From a bacterium (GTDB lineage Bacteria > Acidobacteriota > Thermoanaerobaculia > Multivoradales > J023): a stretch of DNA of 64,000 bases. The translations under genes and the position numbers were made by a program. Shown piece by piece: positions 26,684 through 35,543 of the stretch. The stretch spans positions 18,304 through 82,303 of the forward strand of contig JAAELT010000305.1 of assembly GCA_024226315.1 (NCBI GenBank). Direction: 5' to 3'. Under the pieces are notes generated by a model. It saw nothing but the letters and a program-made list of their open reading frames with translations, was not told where the DNA came from and searched no databases. Positions within the stretch are counted from its first letter, which is position 1; each line of letters opens with the position of its first letter.

Positions 26684-27817
26684 TCAGCGCCGCCTGTAGC
26701 TGCCCCGTGCGCCTGGCAGTGGCTGGCGGCGCATCCGTCTTTCGAGCTTCTGCCTGACGTCCGCGATGACCTGATCTTCGAGCTTCTGCGCTCGTACGGC
26801 ATCCATCCACAGCGACAGGACCGCGATCGATTCGGTATCAGCTGAGAGCAGCCGAAACCGACCGAAAGTATCGGCCGCAAGCTCCTTCAGATCGCCCCAG
26901 CGCTCCTGCCGACAGAGAACCTCAGACAGGCTCAGTCCAACCAGAGCCAGCTCGAACGGCGCTCCCACGTCGAGGAAGCCTTCCCTGGCTCGCCAGAAGA
27001 GCCGCTCACCGTGCCGCTCGAGGCAGACCTTGACGTAGATCATCCCCTCGATCCAGGTGAGCTTGTGCTTGGGCAAGCTGCGCCGGTGGTTGCGCAGTCT
27101 CCGCTTCGCCTCGCGGATCCAGCGTAGGGCGGATTTCACTGCTCCATCATCGTCGGTCTTCGTGAACGCCAGCGCGAGACAGTGAATCGCGGAATGGTAG
27201 GTCCGGGTGTTCTTGTTCTTGGTCAACTGCAATGCTTCGCCGAAGTGCAGGATGGCCTCGGCAAACTGCGAGGATTGGCTGAAGGCGATCCCCTGTATGA
27301 CGAGGGCCTCTCCGAGGTATTCGTCATGTCGCTGCGTTCGGTAGGTCTTGATTGCTCCGCGGCACAGTTCGAAGGCTTCATCGAACTTCCTTTGCGTGAT
27401 CCGAAGCACCGCCAAGCGATGATGGAGGTTCGATTCCTCAAGGGTTGGAACATCCTCCCGTTCGCAGATCTGCAAGGCAGTTTGGAACGCTGCTTCTGCC
27501 TCGTCGAGCGTTCCGGCACCTCGAAGAGCACCTCCGTACACCGCGTTCGAGCGGACGCGTAACTCTCGGTGGATACGCTGCCCTTCTGATCCGCTGCGCT
27601 CCGGTACCAGCTCGGACAGTCTGGGCGCGAGAACCGCGAGCTTCAGGCCCTTCTCCGGATGATGATAAAGAACATCGTCGCAATGGCCGAGGTAGAGCCA
27701 GAGAAAAGTCTCATCCCAGTAACGAGGCTGCTCAAGCAGAGTGCCAACGTCGACCGGCAGCTCTCGGAGGAGCTTCTGGGCATACTTCTTCGAATGTGGC
27801 AACGACTCCGACTCCAA
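26684..27817 (-). CDS. TPR-like helical-repeat protein of unknown function (intact paralog)
   Basis: 377-aa ORF with TPR-like repeats and WIEG...ALVGLSLS...LAADTF..F..LSADTE.IA.LSLW motifs shared with 22770-23937; TTG start. Confidence 0.8.
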   Translation of the reverse strand: MESESLPHSKKYAQKLLRELPVDVGTLLEQPRYWDETFLWLYLGHCDDVLYHHPEKGLKLAVLAPRLSELVPERSGSEGQRIHRELRVRSNAVYGGALRGAGTLDEAEAAFQTALQICEREDVPTLEESNLHHRLAVLRITQRKFDEAFELCRGAIKTYRTQRHDEYLGEALVIQGIAFSQSSQFAEAILHFGEALQLTKNKNTRTYHSAIHCLALAFTKTDDDGAVKSALRWIREAKRRLRNHRRSLPKHKLTWIEGMIYVKVCLERHGERLFWRAREGFLDVGAPFELALVGLSLSEVLCRQERWGDLKELAADTFGRFRLLSADTESIAVLSLWMDAVRAQKLEDQVIADVRQKLERRMRRQPLPGARGSYRRR

Positions 27818-28300
27818 GTGTTCTGGCCAGAGAATAGCTCATTTAGGGGCAGATGGTGAAGGGGCGCGGTGAACGGGCCGCGCCCCTTACGATCAGCCGT
27901 CTCAGCCGACAGGCGGGATATTCGCGCCGACTCCTGCATTGACGCCAGTACTGATGCGCATGCTCCGTCCTCCATTCAACCGAGCTTCGCGGGTGGCGGG
28001 ATTGCCCCTCCTTCGTCTCGGTTCCCATGAGGACGATAGCTGACCGAACGGTACGAAAAGGCGTCAATAGCCCGGTTCCCAGGTGACGAAAAAGCCTACC
28101 GCTCGGTCGGTAGTTACACATTTAGCCGCACCTTTACTGAATAGAAACCATTGCCGGTTCGATCTCGACGCAAAACCTCTGAAATGAGATCACATTCCGC
28201 CCTGACGAGAACTTTGTCTGCGTGGTAGATGGGAACGGCGCTCCGGAACACGTTTTCGCTGCTAGCCTGACTCTTGCTGATGGAGGAGGAGACGCCTAGC

Positions 28301-28765
28301 GTGACGAGAGCCGAGCCGAGCGGGTCACCATTGCCGGCGGTCGTCGCCATCCTGGAGCTCATCGCGTCCGAGCACCCTCCACTACTCGACTTCCAGCTCG
28401 ATACGCTTCTCCACAGCACTACCAGATTCGTCGTGCACGAATTTGCCTCGGCCTTCGTCGTCCCACTCAAGCAGGTAGGGCAGACCATCCACAAGGCGTG
28501 CCTCGATCTGGACACGCTAGAAAGAAGACGGGCCGGCTGGAGGGACCCGGCTCTCATCCTCCAGACGCCTAACATCGTCGCGTTGCTGCACGTCTGTCGA
28601 GCCCGGGCCGGGCGGATCGCCGATCGCTACCGCCGGCGAAAGCTCGAGGTGATCGAGAGGCGGCTCCGGGCGGCTCAGGAGCTGGCGCGGTCTCGGGCCT
28701 GGATCGAGGAGTTCATCGGCCCGCCAGTCCGGGACAGAGCCGTCACTGCCAGGCCAGGTGACTGA
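28301..28765 (+). CDS. Hypothetical helical protein
   Basis: GTG 28301 preceded by GGAGGAGGAG; divergent from the TPR gene. Confidence 0.55.
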   Translation: MTRAEPSGSPLPAVVAILELIASEHPPLLDFQLDTLLHSTTRFVVHEFASAFVVPLKQVGQTIHKACLDLDTLERRRAGWRDPALILQTPNIVALLHVCRARAGRIADRYRRRKLEVIERRLRAAQELARSRAWIEEFIGPPVRDRAVTARPGD

Positions 28766-28872
28766 CTGTTGGGCAGGGGGTGGCGTAGGCCTCGAGCGGT
28801 TCGCCGGGAGCGCCCAGAATGCCGGCGGCATGGTACCGTCGCACCGGCCATGGAAAAAAAGTTTCCCGCAAA

Positions 28873-28912
28873 GTGCAAGATTTCAGAGCCCGTTGGTGTC
28901 TATATAAGTAGA
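28873..28912 (+). promoter_or_regulatory. Putative ECF-type promoter
   Basis: TGCAAGATTT...GTCTATATAAGTAGAG, an AT-rich patch in GC-rich DNA; the GTCTA -10-like motif resembles ECF promoters (inference). Confidence 0.4.
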
Positions 28913-28914
28913 GG

Positions 28915-29289
28915 GTCACGAAAAAGTGCCTGGGTAGATGGCGTCCACGCCGTCACCAGGGACCGCATGGCGGCGGCCCGGGGTCCGGCCTACCGGAGTC
29001 CGGCTCTTTGGGTCCGGTCTCCCGAGGGGCCGGCCTACCGGGCCGGCCTTCTGGCACCGCCGCTCTGGATCCTCACCGCGTTCGGCGGGCTCGCACCGAT
29101 GGCGAGCCGCTCGTACGCCGACTGTCACGGCCCCGATCCGTGACGTGTGCCGTGCCGGCTGCCTGCACGGCTCTGACCGATTCCGAGTCCGGGGAACGCG
29201 ACCTCCGCCCCTTCCGGGGGGCGTTCGTCCGCCCTGTTCGAGGACCCAACCCGCCGCGTGCCCCCCCCCGGGGTGCCGGCGGGTTTTTT
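28915..29289 (+). ncRNA. Putative highly structured ncRNA or 5' leader ending in an intrinsic terminator
   Basis: At least seven hairpins plus a long-range helix (28970-76/29057-63); terminal stem AACCCGCCG/CGGCGGGTT followed by T6. Confidence 0.55.
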
Positions 29290-29316
29290 CGTGGAGACCG
29301 AAGAGAAAGGAGAAAC

Positions 29317-30636
29317 ATGGAGAACGAATCGACGGACTGGACGCAGTGGGAACCGACTGCCGAAGATCTCCCGGAGCTCGATGCCGCAACGGTGGCCGCG
29401 GTCCGTGAGCTTCAGGGAGGGGAGGTCGCCGAGAGCACCCGCCACCTCTTCGCGACCTTCGAGCCGCAGCTCGCCGCCTACTTCCGGCGCAAAGGCTGTC
29501 AGGACGACGACGCCAACGACCTCACCCAGACCGTCTTCATCCAGATACTGGACCAGATCGAGACCCTGAAGGACCCGACGCGCTTCCATTTCTGGCTCTT
29601 CAAGACCGCCGAGCACCATCTCTTCAACTTCGGGCGCGACTCGGCCCGCGACCGCGAGGGGCTCGAGGGCTTCGCGGACAAAGCGCGCAAGGACAGCGAG
29701 TCGGGCACCTTCTGGGTGCGGGGCACCTTCGAGCCGAGCCCGGAGGCGAGGCTGACGGTAAGCGAGAGGGTGGGTCGGCGGCGCGAAGTGCTGCGCAAGC
29801 TGCTCAAGGCCACCCGGCTCGCGCCGCGGACGCGAAGGTCCCTCCTGCTGCGGCTGCGCGGCGCCAGCTACCAGGAGATCGCCCGCGAGCTCGAGTGCTC
29901 CGCCGGCACCGTCGGATCGCACATCAGCCGCGCCAGCACCGCACTGATCAGGAACCTCGAGAGGATCGATCTCGACGCCGTGGCTCTCGACGACGACGAC
30001 GCCGACCTCGTGGCCGCGCTGACCCCGGAGCTCCTCACCTTCAAACGGGAGGCCCAGGAGGCGGATCCGACCTACGCCTCGGCCGGCATCCTCGAGGCCG
30101 CCAGCGCCGACTTCGAGGGGATGCAGGAGAGCGACGATGAAGCGCTGGATCTGCTCGACAAGACGGACGGGGAGGAGGAGACCGAGAAGGGGGAGGCCGG
30201 GAAGGTCGAGCGCGTGGTCGACAGCCCGGCGGAGATCGCCGCCGTGGCCCGGCAGGACCGCAGGCGGTGGCGGCCTCGCCGGCGGACGACCCGGACGATC
30301 CCGCCGGCGGGAAAGAGAGACGGAGGGCCGGACCTGGGGCGCCTCTCGAGAGACGACCTGGGCTACCCCCTGACCCTCCTCGAGGAAGCCGCCGCCCGCT
30401 GCGGCGAGCGCGGCGGGAGCCGCGACGGTCACGCCTTCGATCCTCTGGCGCTGAAAGCCAAGCTCGCCTGCGCCGGCTCGCTTCTCGCCCGTGGCCGGCG
30501 CTTCGCGGTCGCGCGGCGGGTCGGCGAGATCGTCCGGCTGGCGATCCTGCTGATCGGCCACGGACGGCGCGACGACGTCAGACGCAAGCTCGCGGAAGGC
30601 CGCGGCCTGCTCGAGGCCTACCTCGGGCGCAACTAA
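29317..30636 (+). CDS. ECF-type RNA polymerase sigma factor with long C-terminal extension
   Basis: sigma2 DANDLTQTVFI...FHFWLFKTAEH; sigma4 LAPRTRRSLLLRLRGASYQEIARELECSAGTVGSHISRA; RBS AAAGGAGA; ~220 extra aa. Confidence 0.85.
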   Translation: MENESTDWTQWEPTAEDLPELDAATVAAVRELQGGEVAESTRHLFATFEPQLAAYFRRKGCQDDDANDLTQTVFIQILDQIETLKDPTRFHFWLFKTAEHHLFNFGRDSARDREGLEGFADKARKDSESGTFWVRGTFEPSPEARLTVSERVGRRREVLRKLLKATRLAPRTRRSLLLRLRGASYQEIARELECSAGTVGSHISRASTALIRNLERIDLDAVALDDDDADLVAALTPELLTFKREAQEADPTYASAGILEAASADFEGMQESDDEALDLLDKTDGEEETEKGEAGKVERVVDSPAEIAAVARQDRRRWRPRRRTTRTIPPAGKRDGGPDLGRLSRDDLGYPLTLLEEAAARCGERGGSRDGHAFDPLALKAKLACAGSLLARGRRFAVARRVGEIVRLAILLIGHGRRDDVRRKLAEGRGLLEAYLGRN

Positions 30637-30827
30637 ACAGTCCCCGAGCTCACGACTCCGACCCACCGCTTCCCGACGGGAAGCCGTGGAATACAACCCT
30701 CAACCAGGGCGCTACAGGCGGGCCACATGTGTCCGCCTGTTTCCGATATGCCCGCGTCCGGGACGCCGGATCGCGAGCACAAAACCAAACCGCCCGGAAA
30801 CCCCGGGCAAAGAAAGGAGCCATCACC

Positions 30828-31694
30828 ATGGCTAAATTGACTGTATCGATCACCGGCAAGGTCAGGTCCTGCCTGTTCTTGCTCGCGGCCCTCGGAGAAC
30901 AAGGGCCCAAGGTGACGCAACTCGTGCTGGACAAGCTCCAGCCGAGCCTGAAGCGAGGCGAAGAGCCTCCCCCGTTCCTGGCCCAGCTGCAAGCGCTGGG
31001 CCGACTGCTCCGAGCCGCGCTCGAGCTGATGATCGCACTCGACCGCAAGCTCTACGACGAGGACGAGCTGCGAGCGACCCTGTTCGCGGATCGCCAGGAA
31101 ATCGCCGGCAAGCTCGGACGCAAGGTCGGCGGCCTGCGCCGCATCGTCCTCGGCCACTACCCCGACGCCAAAGCGGAAAAACTCGGCCTCCAGGGCCGGA
31201 CCGAGCAGGAGCCGGTCGCACTGCTCCGGCAGTCCGAGCTGATCTGCCAGAAGCTGCGGCGTGAGGACCTGGAGAAGATGCTGGGAGATCCCTTGTTCGA
31301 TCTGCAGCTCGATCCGGAGCCCTACGTCCTTCAGGTCGATCCCGTTCTGCCGCGTCTGACCGAGGCCTACGAGGTCCACCAGCGGGCGCGGCGCCGGGTC
31401 GACAACCTGCTGGACGAGAAAAAGGAGGCGGTGACGTCCTACGACGTCGCCTTCCTGCGGGTGGCCCGCCAGTTCGAGGACCTCTGCCGTCTGGCAGGGA
31501 AGAACGAGCTGGCCGACAAGGTACGGCCGTCGCTCACCCACCCGGGTGAGACCGCCGAGAGGCCGGACGACAGTGAGGTTCTGGACTCGGCCGACGGCGT
31601 CGTCGCGGCCGACGTCGCCGGCGAGCCCGAGGCGCCTGTGTCCGAGGCCGAGCCGCGGTCCGAGACGGCGCCCGAGCCGTCAGACGTCGGCTAG
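30828..31694 (+). CDS. Hypothetical all-helical protein
   Basis: ATG 30828 with RBS AAAGGAG; GC3-rich codon use; followed by a terminator. Confidence 0.75.
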   Translation: MAKLTVSITGKVRSCLFLLAALGEQGPKVTQLVLDKLQPSLKRGEEPPPFLAQLQALGRLLRAALELMIALDRKLYDEDELRATLFADRQEIAGKLGRKVGGLRRIVLGHYPDAKAEKLGLQGRTEQEPVALLRQSELICQKLRREDLEKMLGDPLFDLQLDPEPYVLQVDPVLPRLTEAYEVHQRARRRVDNLLDEKKEAVTSYDVAFLRVARQFEDLCRLAGKNELADKVRPSLTHPGETAERPDDSEVLDSADGVVAADVAGEPEAPVSEAEPRSETAPEPSDVG

Positions 31695-31702
31695 ATGCTA
31701 GC

Positions 31703-31741
31703 GGCGCCGGCGCAGCGACCACGCTGCGCCGGCGCCTTTTT
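31703..31741 (+). terminator. Rho-independent terminator
   Basis: GGCGCCGGCGCAGCG-acca-CGCTGCGCCGGCGCC-TTTTT. Confidence 0.85.
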
Positions 31742-31794
31742 CCTTCGTTCCTGATCCGCGGGAATGCCTGGCGAGGCAGGCGGGCTCGCCTTGC

Positions 31795-31858
31795 GGGTGA
31801 CCGAGGTGGCTGGCACCGCGGACGGGTGACCGAGGTGGCTGGCACCGCGGACAGCAGC
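31795..31858. repeat. REP-like element (right copy): 29-bp partial plus 35-bp full copy
   Basis: GGGTGACCGAGGTGGCTGGCACCGCGGAC x2, then AGCAGC; same orientation as 25293-25327. Confidence 0.85.
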
Positions 31859-31868
31859 ACCTGTCGTC

Positions 31869-32582
31869 TCATCGTGCCAGGAAGTTCTTCGTCACCTCTT
31901 CGAGGGCGCGACCGGTCTCCTTATCGAGTCCTTTGAACGCGATGCCTGCTCGACACACTCCCTCCTCCGAAACCTCCCGGATCAGCTGGCGGTTGGCGAC
32001 CCGACCGGCCATCTGGAGCGACCGGTGACCGGCGCGCAGCTCCATGTCCAGGGTGGAACCGACGTCCAGAAGCAGCTTGGTCTCGATCAGCATGCCAGAG
32101 AAGCTGATCACCGAGACCACGAAGTCGTGGTACTCGCTGACCTTCGCCGGCCCCTCCAGGGTCACTTTGAAGCGTCCGTTGATGCGCTTCTCCGCGTCGA
32201 TCACCATGTGGTGCTGGAGGAAGGTGAGAACCTCCAGGGCCTTTTCCTCGAGCGCGCTCCGAAACTCCAAACCACTCTGGTAGACCGGAATGACTTCGCT
32301 GTTGGACCGCTCGGTGCGCACCAGGTGACTCCATCGAACGTCCGATTTGAGCTCCAGGCCCTCGTCGCCTTTCTGGAGAGTGATCTCGTACTCACTTCCG
32401 ATCTCCAGCGGCCTCTGGCACTCGACGGCGAGTCCGGTGAGGCTCATGTTGAAGACCTCGACCTCGAAGTGCAGCGGGAATCTCCCGCGTACGTCCCGAA
32501 CCTGGTAGCGAGGATGCTGCCGTCGGAGCTTGTAGCGAGGATGCCGCCGCCGTCCTGATCCCGACTTCGAGGGGTCGCTCAT
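31869..32582 (-). CDS. Tandem PilZ-domain protein (c-di-GMP receptor-like)
   Basis: RRHPR/RQHPR (RxxxR) plus NMSLTG (D/NxSxxG); second domain KRINGRF...VISFSG. Confidence 0.85.
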   Translation of the reverse strand: MSDPSKSGSGRRRHPRYKLRRQHPRYQVRDVRGRFPLHFEVEVFNMSLTGLAVECQRPLEIGSEYEITLQKGDEGLELKSDVRWSHLVRTERSNSEVIPVYQSGLEFRSALEEKALEVLTFLQHHMVIDAEKRINGRFKVTLEGPAKVSEYHDFVVSVISFSGMLIETKLLLDVGSTLDMELRAGHRSLQMAGRVANRQLIREVSEEGVCRAGIAFKGLDKETGRALEEVTKNFLAR

Positions 32583-32699
32583 CGAACCAGGCTATCAGAA
32601 GGATCGCTTGCAGCTCGGGCTGGGGCAACAGGTCGGCCGGCCGGTCTGTCCAGCGCTCGAGATTCAGGATGCCGTGGGTCAGGATTCGTGCGCCCGGCA

Positions 32700-32806
32700 G
32701 CGGCTATCACGTCGTACTCCCCTGCCCGAAGGCGGGCCGCCGCCTCGGGGAGGTCGACAGTAGTTCTCATAAAAGCATCTTTATAGCTTGATGCGCGACG
32801 GTCAAG
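32700..32806 (-). pseudogene. Stub of a leaderless MRTT-type (RHH/VapB-like) antitoxin fused to a transposase-derived fragment
   Basis: Minus strand TTGACC...GCATC-N10-GATGC...ATG(32770) MRTTVDLP, then EAAARLRAGE encoded by a 31-bp exact copy of 26497-26527. Confidence 0.5.
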
Positions 32807-32896
32807 TCCCCGAGGCGGCCCCGCCTTGCGGGCTGCCAACCTTTGGGCTAGTCTCATTTCCGGCCCGCATCTCCCTCCTCGATTCGAACTCCGTCC

Positions 32897-33817
32897 ATGA
32901 CCGAACCCAGCGTCGCGGCCCTCGTTCTCAACTACAACGGCAAGGAGCTGACGCTCCAGACCGTCGAGAGCCTGCTGGCGATGACTTACCCGCGCTGCGA
33001 GGTCGTGGTGATCGACAACGCCTCCACCGACGGATCCCACGAGGCGGTGCAAGAAGCCTTTCCCGACGTCACCCAGGTCCGGGTCGAAGTCAACCAGGGG
33101 CCGGTGAGTGGTATGAACGCCGGCCTGCGATACGCGATCGAGCACGACTTCGACTACGCGCTGCTGCTCAACAACGACATCGAGGTCGACGCCGAAATGG
33201 TCACCGAGATGGTGGCGGTGGCCGAGCGTGACGAGACCATCGGCGTGGTCGGTCCCAAGGCCTACTACTTCTGGGACCGCGAGCGGATCTGGTCGGCCGG
33301 CGGCATCCTGCGCTTCAAGGAGTCGGTGACGCGCGAGCGCGGCGACGGTGAGCTCGACCGCGGGCAGTGGGACCGCGACGAGGAGGTCGACTACATCTGC
33401 GGCTGCGCCATGCTGGTGCGGCGGTCCGCGATCCTGGCCACCGGGCTGTGGGACCCGACCTACACCCTCGGCGTCGAGGACGCCGACTGGTGCGCGCGCA
33501 TGAAGCGGCAGGGGTTCCGCTGCTACTACGCCCACAAGGCCAGGCTGTGGCACAAGGTCGGGCAGTCGATCGGCGTCTACAAGCCGGGGCGCACGTTTCA
33601 CACCGGTCGCAACATGGCGATCTTCGTGCGCAAGTACGCCGGCCCCTGGCAGTGGCTGACCTTCGCGCTGTTCTATGCCGCGAGCATCCCCGTGGCCTTC
33701 TTGCGCGAGCTCCCCAAGGGCAACCAGATGGCGGCGGTCATGAAGCTCAAGGGCGTGCTGGCGGGCCTGAGGGTGCCGCTGGGCTCGCCGCCGCCGTTGC
33801 CCGGGAAGCCCGGCTAG
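32897..33817 (+). CDS. Glycosyltransferase family 2
   Basis: LVLNYNG, VIDNASTDGS, LLNND, GCAMLV, EDADW. Confidence 0.93.
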   Translation: MTEPSVAALVLNYNGKELTLQTVESLLAMTYPRCEVVVIDNASTDGSHEAVQEAFPDVTQVRVEVNQGPVSGMNAGLRYAIEHDFDYALLLNNDIEVDAEMVTEMVAVAERDETIGVVGPKAYYFWDRERIWSAGGILRFKESVTRERGDGELDRGQWDRDEEVDYICGCAMLVRRSAILATGLWDPTYTLGVEDADWCARMKRQGFRCYYAHKARLWHKVGQSIGVYKPGRTFHTGRNMAIFVRKYAGPWQWLTFALFYAASIPVAFLRELPKGNQMAAVMKLKGVLAGLRVPLGSPPPLPGKPG

Positions 33818-33832
33818 ACCATGCCGGACCTG

Positions 33833-33916
33833 TTTCGCCCTTACAGGGCGATCCTCTCGGGGCTCCCGCAACCCGGGGCTGCGCCCCGGGCTTTACGATT
33901 TCGCCCCTTCGGGGCG
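33833..33916. repeat. REP-like palindromic cluster
   Basis: CGCCCTTACAGGGCG, CCCGGGGCTGCGCCCCGGG and CGCCCCTTCGGGGCG hairpins in the intergenic gap. Confidence 0.65.
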
Positions 33917-33945
33917 CAGACATGGCAGCCTGAAGAAGCTCTGCC

Positions 33946-35379
33946 GTGAGCCGCGAAACCACCCGCCGGTTCCTGCATTCGTCGGGCGCCGCCATCTTCT
34001 CGCAGCTGTGGCGGGTGGTGGTGACGTTCGGCACCATGCTGCTGCTCAAGCGGTGGATCTCGGACGGGGATTGGGGGCTCTGGCACTGGGCGCTGACGGT
34101 GTTCATGATCCTCGGCGCGGCGCGCGACCTGGGGCTCGTGTTCCACGTGGTGCGGGTGAAGCCGCGGCCCTACGGCAACCTGCTGGCCGTGGAGCTGATC
34201 TGGGGCAGCGCCATGGTGGGCCTCGCCTACTGGGGGGCGCCGCTGCTCTCCCGCGGTTTCTCGGAGGCCCACCCGGACGTCATCGGAGTGCTGCGGGCGC
34301 TCACCCTTTTCCTGTTCTTCGAAGGCCTGTCGATAGTGCCCCGAGTGTACTTCGAGGGCGAGCTGCGGATCGGCCGCGCGGTGGCGCCGGAGCTGGTGCG
34401 CAACCTGGTGATGGCGGCCACGGCGATCGCCCTGGCGTGGCAGGGCTTCGGCGTCTGGAGCCTGGTCTGGGCCTGGGTCGCCTCGGCGGCGATCTACGCG
34501 CTGATGCTTTGGTGGCGCGCCTGGGGCGACATTCCCTTGCTCTTCCAGCGTGGCGAGACCCTGGCGCTGATCCGCGAGAGCTCGCCCCTGGCGGTGATCT
34601 GGTTTCTGATCATCCTGGTGCGCTTCATCGACCCGTTGATCCTCGGCTGGCGCTTCGAGAGCAGCGTGGTGGGCAACTACGGCTTCGCCTACGAGAACGC
34701 CTTCCGGATGTCCGAGATCGTCTTCCCGGCGGTGGGGCGGGCGCTCTACCCGGCGCTGGTGGCGTTTCGTGAAGAGGTGCGCCGGCTGTTCGACGCCTAC
34801 GCCCTGGGGACCCTGTTCATCCAGGCCCTGGAGCTGCCGGTGGCCTACTTCCTGTTCCTCAACGCCGAGACCGCGCTGTATCTGTTGGGCGGCGCGCAGT
34901 GGGAGCAGGCACCGACCTACCTGCGTATCCTGTGTTTCGCGCCGCTGGTGGATCCGTTCACCCGCCTGGGCGGCGAGATCCTCAAGGTACAGCACCGCGA
35001 CGGGCTGTGGATCGTCTGCAACTGCATCACCCTGGCGACCTTTCTCGGCGGCGGCATCTACCTGACCGGGCTTCTCGGTCCGGTGGGCATGGCCTGGATC
35101 AACCTGTTGCCGCTGGGCGGCGTGCCGATGGCGTGGGCGCTCTACCGGGTGGCGCCGAAGCGCTTTCTCGAGCTGGTACGGCAGCTGGTCTTCGTCTACC
35201 TGGTGCCGATCCCGATCTTCGTCTGCGCCTGGCTGGCCGCCGGCGACCATCCCTGGTGGCTGTTCGCGGTGTCGCTGGTCGCCGTCGCCCTCAGTCTGGC
35301 GATCTTCGCCTGGCGGTTCGGTCGCGACTTCGTGGACTTCTTCCAGCGACCCACCGGCGCTTCCGCTACCGACGACTGA
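33946..35379 (+). CDS. Oligosaccharide flippase (Wzx/MOP family)
   Basis: About 12-14 TM helices, GFGVWSLV, VGNYGFAY, ALYPAL; cluster context. Confidence 0.88.
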   Translation: MSRETTRRFLHSSGAAIFSQLWRVVVTFGTMLLLKRWISDGDWGLWHWALTVFMILGAARDLGLVFHVVRVKPRPYGNLLAVELIWGSAMVGLAYWGAPLLSRGFSEAHPDVIGVLRALTLFLFFEGLSIVPRVYFEGELRIGRAVAPELVRNLVMAATAIALAWQGFGVWSLVWAWVASAAIYALMLWWRAWGDIPLLFQRGETLALIRESSPLAVIWFLIILVRFIDPLILGWRFESSVVGNYGFAYENAFRMSEIVFPAVGRALYPALVAFREEVRRLFDAYALGTLFIQALELPVAYFLFLNAETALYLLGGAQWEQAPTYLRILCFAPLVDPFTRLGGEILKVQHRDGLWIVCNCITLATFLGGGIYLTGLLGPVGMAWINLLPLGGVPMAWALYRVAPKRFLELVRQLVFVYLVPIPIFVCAWLAAGDHPWWLFAVSLVAVALSLAIFAWRFGRDFVDFFQRPTGASATDD

Positions 35380-35543
35380 GCCACGACGGCCCGTCTTGCG
35401 GGGCTCGCCCGCTTGGGCTAAGCTGCCTCACGGCAGGCCCGCCTGCCCCCACCCACACACTCACGCCCCGCAAGCCCGTCTCCGCTCGCCCGCACGCTCA
35501 GATCATCCGAAGGGCCGGGGTCTCGGATCCTGGAGATCAGGAC

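Noticed and set aside
29008..29316. N-terminal extension of the sigma factor from 29008
   Set aside because: A strong RBS precedes ATG 29317; the upstream sequence is hairpin-rich and contains a terminator.
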